Of a stretch of DNA of 64,000 bases, positions 53,325 through 61,696 are shown piece by piece. A program made the translations under genes and the position numbers. This stretch comes from an uncultured virus (IMG/VR IMGVR_UViG_3300032286_001748) (taxonomy: Duplodnaviria > Heunggongvirae > Uroviricota > Caudoviricetes). The DNA lies in IMG/VR virus record IMGVR_UViG_3300032286_001748. One strand, 5' to 3'. Positions within the stretch are counted from its first letter, which is position 1; each line of letters begins with the position of its first letter. The notes below the pieces were generated by a model that saw only the letters and a program-made list of their open reading frames with translations, was not told the DNA's origin and searched no databases.

Positions 53325-54293
53325 CTACCTCGTAACGTAGGAGACGCTGTCGACGCTCGGCGTACGCCCCTGGGCGCCGCGCCGCGCGTACGGACCCGGC
53401 TGGTGACGGCCGAACTCGGTGTCGTCGAGAACATCGACGATGAGCTGGATCGTAAACGTCATCGACGTGTAAGGGACGCCCACCACGGCCGCCGAGAGAT
53501 AGGCCCGGTTGGGGGAAGCGAGGATCGGGTTGTCGCGAAGCCCCGCGTACTCGGGGAGGAGCGTCGAGTAGACGGTCGCATCGACGTACTCGCCCTGCGG
53601 GAAGAGGTTCGCGGAGCCGCCGACGTTGAGGTTCCGAACGAGCAGCGTCGGGCGCTGGTTCGACGTGTAGATCTGTGGGATCAACGAACCGGGGAGGAAG
53701 CCGCCGCCGTTCGGGATCGGGATCCCTGTGGGGAGATCTTGGGTGTAGTCCGGAAGCGGGCAGGCCTTCGTGGAGACTTGAAAGCCCACGATCCGAACCG
53801 TGGCCCACTCCAGGATGGGGCTCCGGAAGTAAAGTCCGCTCACCTTCCGGTTCGCCGTCACCCCGTCCGTCGCGAACGGCGGGATGTTCACGATGACGGT
53901 GGGGTTGACCTCGTCGGGCTGCAAGGCCCCCGCGCCGGTCGTGACCGTCGTCCACCCCGTCTGCGGGTTCTTCGGATCCACACCCGAGGGGAAGGTCGGC
54001 TGGTTGTCCAGCTCATACAGGTACAGGGGAATCGCGACCAGACGCCCGATGCCCGGCGGCGCGTTGACCTCAAAGGCCAGGCCGCCGACCCCGTTCACGC
54101 CCGCCGCAGAGGCGAGCGTGTCCTTCATCAAGGCTACCGGGTCGGGGCGGACCGGGGCCTTGCCGACCTGCGCGTAGAGCTGGTCGAGCGCCTGGCGGAG
54201 ATCGCGCGCACGATCTCCGCTGCTCAAGCGGAGCAGCAGCTCGAGGCGCCGGATGCGGCCTTGGACGATGCGGCGATCGGATGCGTCGGACAT
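53325..54293 (-). CDS. Putative capsid-family paralogue
   Basis: GVGGLAFEVNAPPGIGRLVAIPLY, WATVRIVGF, GGSANLF, GLRDNPILASPN, DDTEFG.H.PGPYAR. Confidence 0.75.
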   Translation of the reverse strand: MSDASDRRIVQGRIRRLELLLRLSSGDRARDLRQALDQLYAQVGKAPVRPDPVALMKDTLASAAGVNGVGGLAFEVNAPPGIGRLVAIPLYLYELDNQPTFPSGVDPKNPQTGWTTVTTGAGALQPDEVNPTVIVNIPPFATDGVTANRKVSGLYFRSPILEWATVRIVGFQVSTKACPLPDYTQDLPTGIPIPNGGGFLPGSLIPQIYTSNQRPTLLVRNLNVGGSANLFPQGEYVDATVYSTLLPEYAGLRDNPILASPNRAYLSAAVVGVPYTSMTFTIQLIVDVLDDTEFGRHQPGPYARRGAQGRTPSVDSVSYVTR

Positions 54294-54412
54294 GGCAGCC
54301 CCTTAGCGCGAAGAAGACGCGGATGCACGAAGGCCCGCCCGCGCCGAGACGCGAGCGGGCCTCACGGGCGTCCGACCGGAGTTTCCCCCGGTCGGAACAG
54401 ACCGAACCGGGA

Positions 54413-55108
54413 CTACCGGTTGACGAACGAACCGCCCTGGCGAACGAGGGCGCCCGCGCGCGCGTAGGCACCGGGGATGTGGGCCCCGTAGTTGTCGTCC
54501 ACCAGGATCTCGCAGACCAGACTGGCGGAGAAGTTGATGCGGGACACGGTGACGCCCACCGGGCCCACGACCTGGGCGTTGAGCTGCGCGACGTTCGGGC
54601 TCTTGAGGATGGGATAGTCGCGGAGGCCCGCGAAGCTGTCCTGACCCGAGAGGTAGATGTCGGCCGGAGCGAAGTCTTCGTGGACGAAGAGGTTCGCGCC
54701 GCCGCCGATCTGGAGCTGCGAGAAGCAGAGCTGCGCGACCGGGCCGTTCGGGAGAACGGGGTAGCGCACGGCGGCCTCGAAGCCCACGATGCGGAGGGTG
54801 GCCCAGGAGATCTGGGGGGTCTGGAGCTGGACGGTGCCGGTCACCGCGGTGGCGGAGCCCGCCTCGTTGGGCGACTCGGCGCAGATGGCCGGGACGGTGG
54901 TCGAGGTGCCAAAGCCGCCCGCGGCAACCGGGGTCGTGCTCAGGGGCTTGAAGCCCGCGACCGACGTGGTGACGTAGAACGGGATGCGGATGAGGCGGCC
55001 GATGCCCGGGGGCGCCTGCGCGGTGAACTGGAGACCGCCCACACCGTCAACCATGGCGCGGTTGATGCGGTTGTTGGCGTCGAGGAGGGGGTTTGCAGAG
55101 CGAGCCAT
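54413..55108 (-). CDS. Putative major capsid protein (small form)
   Basis: Beta-rich 231 aa; closest paralogue of 55187..56059, sharing the C-terminus VDDNYGAHIPG.YAR.G.LVRQGGSFVNR. The capsid function is inferred. Confidence 0.7.
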   Translation of the reverse strand: MARSANPLLDANNRINRAMVDGVGGLQFTAQAPPGIGRLIRIPFYVTTSVAGFKPLSTTPVAAGGFGTSTTVPAICAESPNEAGSATAVTGTVQLQTPQISWATLRIVGFEAAVRYPVLPNGPVAQLCFSQLQIGGGANLFVHEDFAPADIYLSGQDSFAGLRDYPILKSPNVAQLNAQVVGPVGVTVSRINFSASLVCEILVDDNYGAHIPGAYARAGALVRQGGSFVNR

Positions 55109-55186
55109 GGAGAACTCCGTAGAGAGGAAGGGAGAAGGGGAGGACATCGCGCCGCGCGGGATGAGCCGCGCGGCGCGACAGCGGGA

Positions 55187-56059
55187 CTACCGGTTGACGA
55201 ACGAGCCGCCCTGGCGGACGAGGCTGCCGCCGCGCGCGTAGGGGCCGGGGATGTGCGCGCCGTAGTTGTCGTCCACGAGCACCTCGCAGAGCAGCGAGCA
55301 GCTCACGGTCATCGACTCGCCCACCACGTCATCGAGCATCTGGACGGTCACGACCGCCGTGTTCGGGGACTTGAGGATGGGGTAGTCGCGAAGACCGCAG
55401 AACTCGGGCTGATCCGCGCTGTAGATGTCGGCGTCCGCGAAGTCTTCGTGGGTGAAGAGGTTCGCGCCGCCGCCGATCTTCAGATCCTGCACGAGCAGGA
55501 TGGGACCGGGGTTCTGGATCGCGCAGTTGAGCTTCTGCGCCACCTCGAAGCCGACGATCCGCAGGGTAGCCCAGGAGATCTGGGGGGTCTGCAGGATGTG
55601 GGCCGCGTTGCCCGAGGTGCCCACGCCGGGGATCTCGATGAACACCGGGTTGACGGTGCTGGCCGTGTTGCCCGTCGCCGCGGTCGACGTGGAGGTGACC
55701 ACGTTGAGGGTCGCGTTGACCGGGTAGAACGGGAGACGAACGAGGCGACCGATGCCCGGGGGCGACATGGCCTGGAAGGACAGACCACCGACGCCCTCGA
55801 TGCCGGAGGCAGCGAGCGCGGTCGCCGCAGCCTGCTTCTGCGCGGTGTAGCCGCTCTTGGCGAGGATGCGGTCGATCTGCATGAGCTTCTGCTTGATCGC
55901 CTTCTGGCGGGCCGGGCCGACCAGCGGGAGCTGGGCAACCAGCTTGCTGCGGAGGCGGAGGAGGCGGGCGAGCTTGCGCTCGCTCATCGCGCCCAGCTCA
56001 TCCGTGCCGTCGTCGTCAGCGCCAAAGTCATCATCGAGGCCGAAATCGTCGTAAGCCAT
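55187..56059 (-). CDS. Putative major capsid protein (large form, acidic propeptide-like N-terminus)
   Basis: MAYDDFGLDDDFGADDDGTDELGA, a helical hairpin, then the same beta-rich core. Confidence 0.7.
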   Translation of the reverse strand: MAYDDFGLDDDFGADDDGTDELGAMSERKLARLLRLRSKLVAQLPLVGPARQKAIKQKLMQIDRILAKSGYTAQKQAAATALAASGIEGVGGLSFQAMSPPGIGRLVRLPFYPVNATLNVVTSTSTAATGNTASTVNPVFIEIPGVGTSGNAAHILQTPQISWATLRIVGFEVAQKLNCAIQNPGPILLVQDLKIGGGANLFTHEDFADADIYSADQPEFCGLRDYPILKSPNTAVVTVQMLDDVVGESMTVSCSLLCEVLVDDNYGAHIPGPYARGGSLVRQGGSFVNR

Positions 56060-56110
56060 TGGAAACTCCAAGGAAGGGGAGAGAGGGAGAGGAGGAACGG
56101 GAAGGAGGGA

Positions 56111-56560
56111 CTACCAGCCGTAGGAGCTGTTCATCGAGCCGCGGGCGTAGTTCTGGGCGCCGCCCTTGGCCTTGGCGCCACCGCGAGGCGCGCTGGCAGG
56201 AGCGGACTCGGTGAGCTGGGGAGCCTCGGCGCTGGAGGAAGCCGCCGCCGCCTTCTTGGACTCAGCCGCCTTGCGGCAGGTCTCGGTGGCGACGAAGGAG
56301 CCGAGGAGGCCGGTCGCCACGTCGTGACCGACGCGACGGGCCATCGGGGGGCCGAACTGGCCGACGAGGGCGGCGGTGAGACCACCGAGGAAGCGGGCGT
56401 CCGTGAGCGCCATCACTTCCTTCACGCCACTATTCTTGTTGAGGACCTTGAAGCCGGTGCGAAGCGTGCCGTCCCGGCAAGCGAAGTGGGTGGCCGCGGC
56501 GTTGAGGCCGAGCGAGCCGAGCAGATCGAGCGGAGTGAAGTCAGAAGCGTCACCGAGCAT
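56111..56560 (-). CDS. Membrane-associated protein heading the structural operon
   Basis: TGGAG RBS; two moderately hydrophobic segments. Confidence 0.7.
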   Translation of the reverse strand: MLGDASDFTPLDLLGSLGLNAAATHFACRDGTLRTGFKVLNKNSGVKEVMALTDARFLGGLTAALVGQFGPPMARRVGHDVATGLLGSFVATETCRKAAESKKAAAASSSAEAPQLTESAPASAPRGGAKAKGGAQNYARGSMNSSYGW

Positions 56561-56641
56561 GGGGGGACTCCAAAGGGTGGAAGGATTCGCAGGGTCGTTC
56601 CCCGCCGTCCTCTTCTACCGGGCTTGCAACGACGACGGAAG

Positions 56642-56690
56642 ACCGTTACGGTGGTCGCGAAAGTTCATATTCACGTTCACGCGTGAACAT
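56642..56690. promoter_or_regulatory. Palindromic putative operator in the divergent intergenic region
   Basis: Perfect 14-bp palindrome GTTCACGCGTGAAC (56675..56688), preceded by related 6-mers GTTCAT and ATTCAC; also ACCGTTACGGT at 56642. Confidence 0.4.
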
Positions 56691-56727
56691 GGCGTTGAAG
56701 CGGCAAGACCAAAAGAACAGGCAGTGC

Positions 56728-57843
56728 ATGAACAGACCCCCTCCTCGCACCCGCTCCCAGGCCCCGATCACGGGCGGGTCGCCAGATCGCGGAGAGGAGG
56801 AACCCGAGGAGGGGACGGCGACCCCGCGCGCGAACCCGCGGCTGACCGGAGACGCGCGCTACTACTGCTACGCCTGCGGGAGCCCCTGGCCGAAGGAGGC
56901 CGTGGTGTGCCCGGCCTGCAAAGGCAGCGACCGCGCCCGCGGCGCCGCACGACCGATCCGGCCCGCGCAGAACGACACCGCCCTCTTCGACGGCCCGTGG
57001 AAGCTGCTCCCGTGGCCGAAGCAGGGGACGGTCGCCATGTACGGGGGGCCGGGAGCCGGGAAATCGAGTCTCGCGGGCCTCCTGCGCCCCACCCGCTGGC
57101 TGACGCGCGAGCAGGAGCCGAAACCGGTGGGCGACATGTTCCGGCGCATCCTCCCCGACTTCATGCCGAGCGTCGAGACCGTCGAGACACCTGAAGACGT
57201 AAAGCGCGTGCTGTCCGAGACGCAGCGCGGACCCGTCGTCATGGACTCGCTGACCGCGTTCGGCCTCCGTGAAGCGCTGGTCGTCGCCCACATGCTCGTC
57301 CACTGGGCCCAGCGCAACAACGACCGGGCGCTGGCGATCATCCAGCTCAACAAGGACGGCCAAGCGGCCGGCTACATGGAGATCCCCCACCTCTTCGACG
57401 CCATCGCGAACGTGAGCCCCGACCCGTGGGGGGTGCGCGCCTTCCGCATCACGAAGTCCCGGTGGTCGGCGCTGGAGTCGATCTACTGGACCTTCGACAA
57501 GGAAGGGAAGCTCACGATCCCTGAGTTCCCCGCCGCCTACAGCGTCGAGGGCGGGCCCGGAGAGTACTGGCTCCACCCCTACCCGCTCAAGGGGGCGAAA
57601 TGGACGGGCGTGCTCGGCGCGCTCCACGCCGCAGAGCTGCTGCGCCCCGGATGCGCCAGCTCCGCCATCGTCGCCGGGTACATGCCGACCGGGTTCCTCG
57701 AGCCGATGGACATTGAGGAGCGCCGCCGTTTCGCGGAGCGAAACGGGCTGTCGTGGGTGAGCGCGGACGACGCCGCCGATCAACTGAAAGACACCGCCCC
57801 GAACGCCGATACGAACAACCCTTTCCCTGACGACGAGGAATAG
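56728..57843 (+). CDS. RadA/Sms-like protein (Zn ribbon plus RecA-fold ATPase, no recognisable Lon domain)
   Basis: YYCYACG....VCPACK, GGPGAGKSS, VVMDSL, QLNKDGQAAG..IPHLFD, KSRW in place of KNRF; start uncertain. Confidence 0.75.
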   Translation: MNRPPPRTRSQAPITGGSPDRGEEEPEEGTATPRANPRLTGDARYYCYACGSPWPKEAVVCPACKGSDRARGAARPIRPAQNDTALFDGPWKLLPWPKQGTVAMYGGPGAGKSSLAGLLRPTRWLTREQEPKPVGDMFRRILPDFMPSVETVETPEDVKRVLSETQRGPVVMDSLTAFGLREALVVAHMLVHWAQRNNDRALAIIQLNKDGQAAGYMEIPHLFDAIANVSPDPWGVRAFRITKSRWSALESIYWTFDKEGKLTIPEFPAAYSVEGGPGEYWLHPYPLKGAKWTGVLGALHAAELLRPGCASSAIVAGYMPTGFLEPMDIEERRRFAERNGLSWVSADDAADQLKDTAPNADTNNPFPDDEE

Positions 57844-57845
57844 AC

Positions 57846-59033
57846 ATGTACTCTGAGAACTTTGAGAACCTCATCTACGGGGACGACGGGCAGAGCCCGA
57901 TCCGCCCCCTCTTGATCCGGACGCTGGAGACCGCCAAGAAGGAGAACGTCCGCCTCCGAATCGACGTGCGGAGCATCGCCCTCGGGACGTCGAACAGCCG
58001 GAACGAGCACACGCTCTTCATGGACCCGAACGAGAACGACGCGGACGGCCTCATGCGCCTGTTGACCGACCGCCTCAACGACAGCCCGGGAGAGGGCTTC
58101 CTCGGCCAGATCCGGATGAACTTCGCGCCCGCCGGCAGCTCGGGCGAACGGTACGCAAGCTGGACCCGGACCATCAAGGCCCCGACGACCAGCAGCGGCC
58201 GCGCCGCGAGCGCCTCGGACGAAGACGAGGAGAACGAGGACGACGACAACAACGTCGAGAGCTTCAGCCGCGGATCGCGCAGCGTCGGAGGAGGCTTCTC
58301 CGCGCCCGCTGGGGGCGGCGTGATGCTCTCCGACGATCAGGTTCGGCTCTGGATGGAGACGATGATGGGCTACGTCTTCCGCAGCCAGGCCCAGCAGTTC
58401 GCCATGTTCGAGCGCGCCACCCGCATGATGGAGTCCTACACGCTGCGCTTCGGTTTCCCGACCCATGAGGCCGGCATCATCGAGGCCCGCGGAGGGGAGA
58501 TCCCCAGCAGCGCCGCGCCCGGGAGCGCCGGGCCGGGCGGGTTCGGGATCCTGCCCATGCTCCTGCAGGCCGCGACGAAGCTCGCCGCCGGGAACGATGC
58601 GCCGGCCCCGGCGCCGGCCGCCCCCGAAGGCTCGACCCAGCTCGTCCCGAGCGCGCGGGCGAACGGCCGCGCGATGGCGATCTCCGGCGCGGGCCGCATG
58701 GTGCGCGCGCTGCGGAACCAGCCGCCCATCCCGAAGCGCCCCGCGGAAGGGTTCGAGCGCGAGCCCGAGGTGGAGGAGGAGGACGGAGAAGAAGAGTCCC
58801 GCGCTACGACCGCCCGCTGGCGTGAGGAGCCCCAGGAGGACGCGTCCGACGAGGGGGAAGACGCGTACGAAGAGGAGGGCGAGGTCCGTTCGGGAGGGAG
58901 CGAGATGCCCGACTTGAACGGGATGTCCCCCGAAGAGATGAAGAGCACCGTCATCGCCTGGATCCGCGCCGACCCCAGCCGCAAGGCCGACGTGATGAAC
59001 ATGCTGCCCGACCTGTCCCGTGAGATCACTTGA
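57846..59033 (+). CDS. Hypothetical protein with acidic low-complexity linkers
   Basis: 395 aa; GAGG RBS; co-oriented. Confidence 0.75.
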   Translation: MYSENFENLIYGDDGQSPIRPLLIRTLETAKKENVRLRIDVRSIALGTSNSRNEHTLFMDPNENDADGLMRLLTDRLNDSPGEGFLGQIRMNFAPAGSSGERYASWTRTIKAPTTSSGRAASASDEDEENEDDDNNVESFSRGSRSVGGGFSAPAGGGVMLSDDQVRLWMETMMGYVFRSQAQQFAMFERATRMMESYTLRFGFPTHEAGIIEARGGEIPSSAAPGSAGPGGFGILPMLLQAATKLAAGNDAPAPAPAAPEGSTQLVPSARANGRAMAISGAGRMVRALRNQPPIPKRPAEGFEREPEVEEEDGEEESRATTARWREEPQEDASDEGEDAYEEEGEVRSGGSEMPDLNGMSPEEMKSTVIAWIRADPSRKADVMNMLPDLSREIT

Positions 59034-59047
59034 ACAAGGAGAACGAG

Positions 59048-59272
59048 ATGTACCCCATCGACGAAGCAAAGATTGAAGCCTGGGTGTCCGACCCGGAGAA
59101 CCGCGATCGGGCGCGCGCCTTCGGCGCTCGGCTCATCCAGAACCAGGACGCCGGCAAGCTGGCCGCGCTCCCGAGCCTGGGCGAGTTCGAGGATCTCGCC
59201 ACCCTCTGGGCGGCCCGGAACCCGATGAAGGCGCGGCTGCTCGTGATGCGCCTCGCGTCGAAGTTGCTGTAG
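59048..59272 (+). CDS. Small hypothetical protein
   Basis: AAGGAG RBS before ATG 59048. Confidence 0.7.
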   Translation: MYPIDEAKIEAWVSDPENRDRARAFGARLIQNQDAGKLAALPSLGEFEDLATLWAARNPMKARLLVMRLASKLL

Positions 59273-59305
59273 TGCGCGGGGCATGGACGAGATACCCTCT
59301 CGTCC

Positions 59306-60259
59306 ATGCCCCATCCCACACAGCCCTCCGGAGGCGGAGGTGGATCTCCAACCCTCTTGACGGGCTGGACCTACGACGCCGGGCCTCCGGCCACCGTGCG
59401 CCTCACCACCTTGACGAACATCGTCAGCGTGGGGAACAACGCCGGGGTCGCGAACCGCAAGTTCTCTGTATACAACACGGGAACCGATCTGGGCGTGAGC
59501 GTCGTTACGCTCGTAAGCACGGACAACGTGCTGGAGACCTTCGTATCCGGAGAGGCGAACCTCCGCTGGAGCGTGAACGGGAGCGGGGCCACGCGCTGGG
59601 GCGCGGGCGGTGCGTCGGCGCTCGACACCCGACTCTACCGCTCGAGCGCGAACACGTTGACCCTCGACAACGGGGCCGGCGGTTCTGCCACCCTCGTGCC
59701 GGGCGCGGACAGCGTCGGGAGCATCGGGACCAAGAGCCTGCGCTGGACGACGATGGTCGCCAACACGCACGACGTCTACGCAGGCCTCGGAGATCTGAAC
59801 GCGAGCACGACGCTCGCGAGCGGCTCCCTCTCCATGGGCGCAGGTGGAGCGGCGCCGATCGACACGCGGCTGTCGCGAACGGGGCCCAAGACCCTCACGG
59901 TCGATGACTCCGTTGGGGGATCGGCCCTCTTCCGCGTCCTCGGCCAGACCAGCACCCAGCAACGCGTTCACGCGTTCGTCGGGAAGACCTTCGCAGACAG
60001 CGGCTATGTCGTCACGGCGACCGACGATACCGCGTTCTGGAACTGCGGAGGCGGGAACTGCACGACGACGCTTCCGACTCCTGTTGGGGCCGGAGGCCGC
60101 GAGCTGGTGTTCAAGCGCACCGACACGTCTGCGAACACGCTCACCCTCACGCCCGCCGCGGGGCAGATCGAGGGGGCCGCGTCATACATCGTTGTGGGCG
60201 GACCCGGGCGCGCCTCCGTTACCGTGCGCTCCGACAACTCCAACTGGTGGATCATCTGA
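59306..60259 (+). CDS. Fibre/spike-like structural protein
   Basis: G/T/S-rich; duplicated GAGG...DTRL.R...TLT.D...GGSA motif; C-terminal TLP...GRELVFKRTD.SAN.LT domain. Confidence 0.7.
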   Translation: MPHPTQPSGGGGGSPTLLTGWTYDAGPPATVRLTTLTNIVSVGNNAGVANRKFSVYNTGTDLGVSVVTLVSTDNVLETFVSGEANLRWSVNGSGATRWGAGGASALDTRLYRSSANTLTLDNGAGGSATLVPGADSVGSIGTKSLRWTTMVANTHDVYAGLGDLNASTTLASGSLSMGAGGAAPIDTRLSRTGPKTLTVDDSVGGSALFRVLGQTSTQQRVHAFVGKTFADSGYVVTATDDTAFWNCGGGNCTTTLPTPVGAGGRELVFKRTDTSANTLTLTPAAGQIEGAASYIVVGGPGRASVTVRSDNSNWWII

Positions 60260-60714
60260 TGGCGTTTACCACCTTCCCCTCTGCTGCCTTCGCTGCTGCG
60301 CCTGGCGTGAACGACGACAGCACCAAGGGCTACGTCGTCGGTTCCCAGTGGACGGACACCTCGGCGTCTCCGCGACGGATCTACCTCTGTACCGACGCAA
60401 GCGTCGGAGCGGCCGTCTGGGTCAACGCGGGGGGCGTCACCGCGCACACGGCGCTCACGGCCCTGGGCTGGTCGGCCTCAGGCCACACCGGGACCGTCAC
60501 GTCCGTCGCCACTTTTGACGGGACCGGCGCCGCGCAGTCGGTGGCGGCCACGCAGGACGGCACGGTTCTCTCGCGCGTGGGCGGCGTGATCGCGTGGGTG
60601 GCGCTGGCGGCGACGGTGAGCTTCGTCACCGCCGACATGACAGAGTATCTGCTCAGCGGGGCCGTTGTCATGCCCGAAGCCACGGCCGTCGTGCAGACCG
60701 GAGTGATCGCCTAA
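60259..60714 (+). CDS. Fibre-associated structural protein
   Basis: APGVNDDSTKGYVVGSQW...YLCTDASVGAAVW motif typical of phage fibre proteins (recall). Confidence 0.65.
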   Translation: MAFTTFPSAAFAAAPGVNDDSTKGYVVGSQWTDTSASPRRIYLCTDASVGAAVWVNAGGVTAHTALTALGWSASGHTGTVTSVATFDGTGAAQSVAATQDGTVLSRVGGVIAWVALAATVSFVTADMTEYLLSGAVVMPEATAVVQTGVIA

Positions 60715-60715
60715 A

Positions 60716-61693
60716 ATGCCTCTCCCTACGCTCAACTGGAAGTACGTCGGCGCGTTGAACCACACGGTATCCTCGATCAACTCGGCGTTGGACGCCGTTT
60801 ACACGCTCGGGACCGCCGTCACCTACGCGGACGGCTCGGCGCGTGTCCCCGGCACGGGGTCGGCCTGGACGTGGCTTCGCGAGGTCAGCGGCGTGACCGT
60901 CGCAGCTTACGGCGCACCCCCGACGAACGCGCTCAACTTCCGCTACATCCTCGGGGGGACGGTCGGCGCGAGCGCATACACGTTCCTGACGCCCGACACG
61001 GGGACCCTTGCCAACGTGATCGTGTACGGGATGAACCGTAACAGCGGCGCTTACACATCCTGGGTCAACGCCCAGCCGTTCACGTCGGGGTTCAGCGGGT
61101 ACTGGCGCGCAACGCAGAGCTACGTCAACGCCTACGACAGCGTGACGATGTGGGAAAGCCAAGAAGGCTGCGCGATCCAGTTCAACCGCACGGCGACGGG
61201 CGTTCTCTCAGCCGTCAACTTCGGCGCCCTGTTCGATCCGCTCACGGCGAGCACGCTCGTCGCGGAGTCGGACGGTCGCGTCTACTCGATGGCGGGGACG
61301 GGATCCAGCGCCACCGTGCCCGGGAACTGGCTGCTCACCTCCGGGGCATCGAGCGTCGGGCTCTTCGGGTCGGGCAGCTCAACGGCGAGCAACGGGCACG
61401 CGGGTACGCTGGCGCCGGGGAGCACCGTCATGGTCGGAGGAGCCGGCGCGCAGACCCAGCGTTTCGGAGACTTCACCGTCGCGACGACGTTCACGGCGCC
61501 CAACGGCGACATCGTGCGCGTGCCCTTCAGCCAGATCGCATCAACCGGGAACTACCTCGGACAAAGCCGCAACTTCTTCATCATCAAAGATGCGATCTCG
61601 CGGCAAACGTACACGTCGGGCCCGAGCACGGTAGGGTACGTCTTCGGGTCGAGCACGACGGGGACCAGCGACTCCGTTCTCCTGGGAGCGTAG
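60716..61693 (+). CDS. Beta-rich structural protein, tandem paralogue 1
   Basis: Long identical blocks shared with 61697..62665. Confidence 0.8.
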   Translation: MPLPTLNWKYVGALNHTVSSINSALDAVYTLGTAVTYADGSARVPGTGSAWTWLREVSGVTVAAYGAPPTNALNFRYILGGTVGASAYTFLTPDTGTLANVIVYGMNRNSGAYTSWVNAQPFTSGFSGYWRATQSYVNAYDSVTMWESQEGCAIQFNRTATGVLSAVNFGALFDPLTASTLVAESDGRVYSMAGTGSSATVPGNWLLTSGASSVGLFGSGSSTASNGHAGTLAPGSTVMVGGAGAQTQRFGDFTVATTFTAPNGDIVRVPFSQIASTGNYLGQSRNFFIIKDAISRQTYTSGPSTVGYVFGSSTTGTSDSVLLGA

Positions 61694-61696
61694 CCG

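Noticed and set aside
56728..57843. P-loop protein as the genome-packaging ATPase or terminase
   Set aside because: The motif layout fits RadA/RecA, not FtsK/A32 or terminase.
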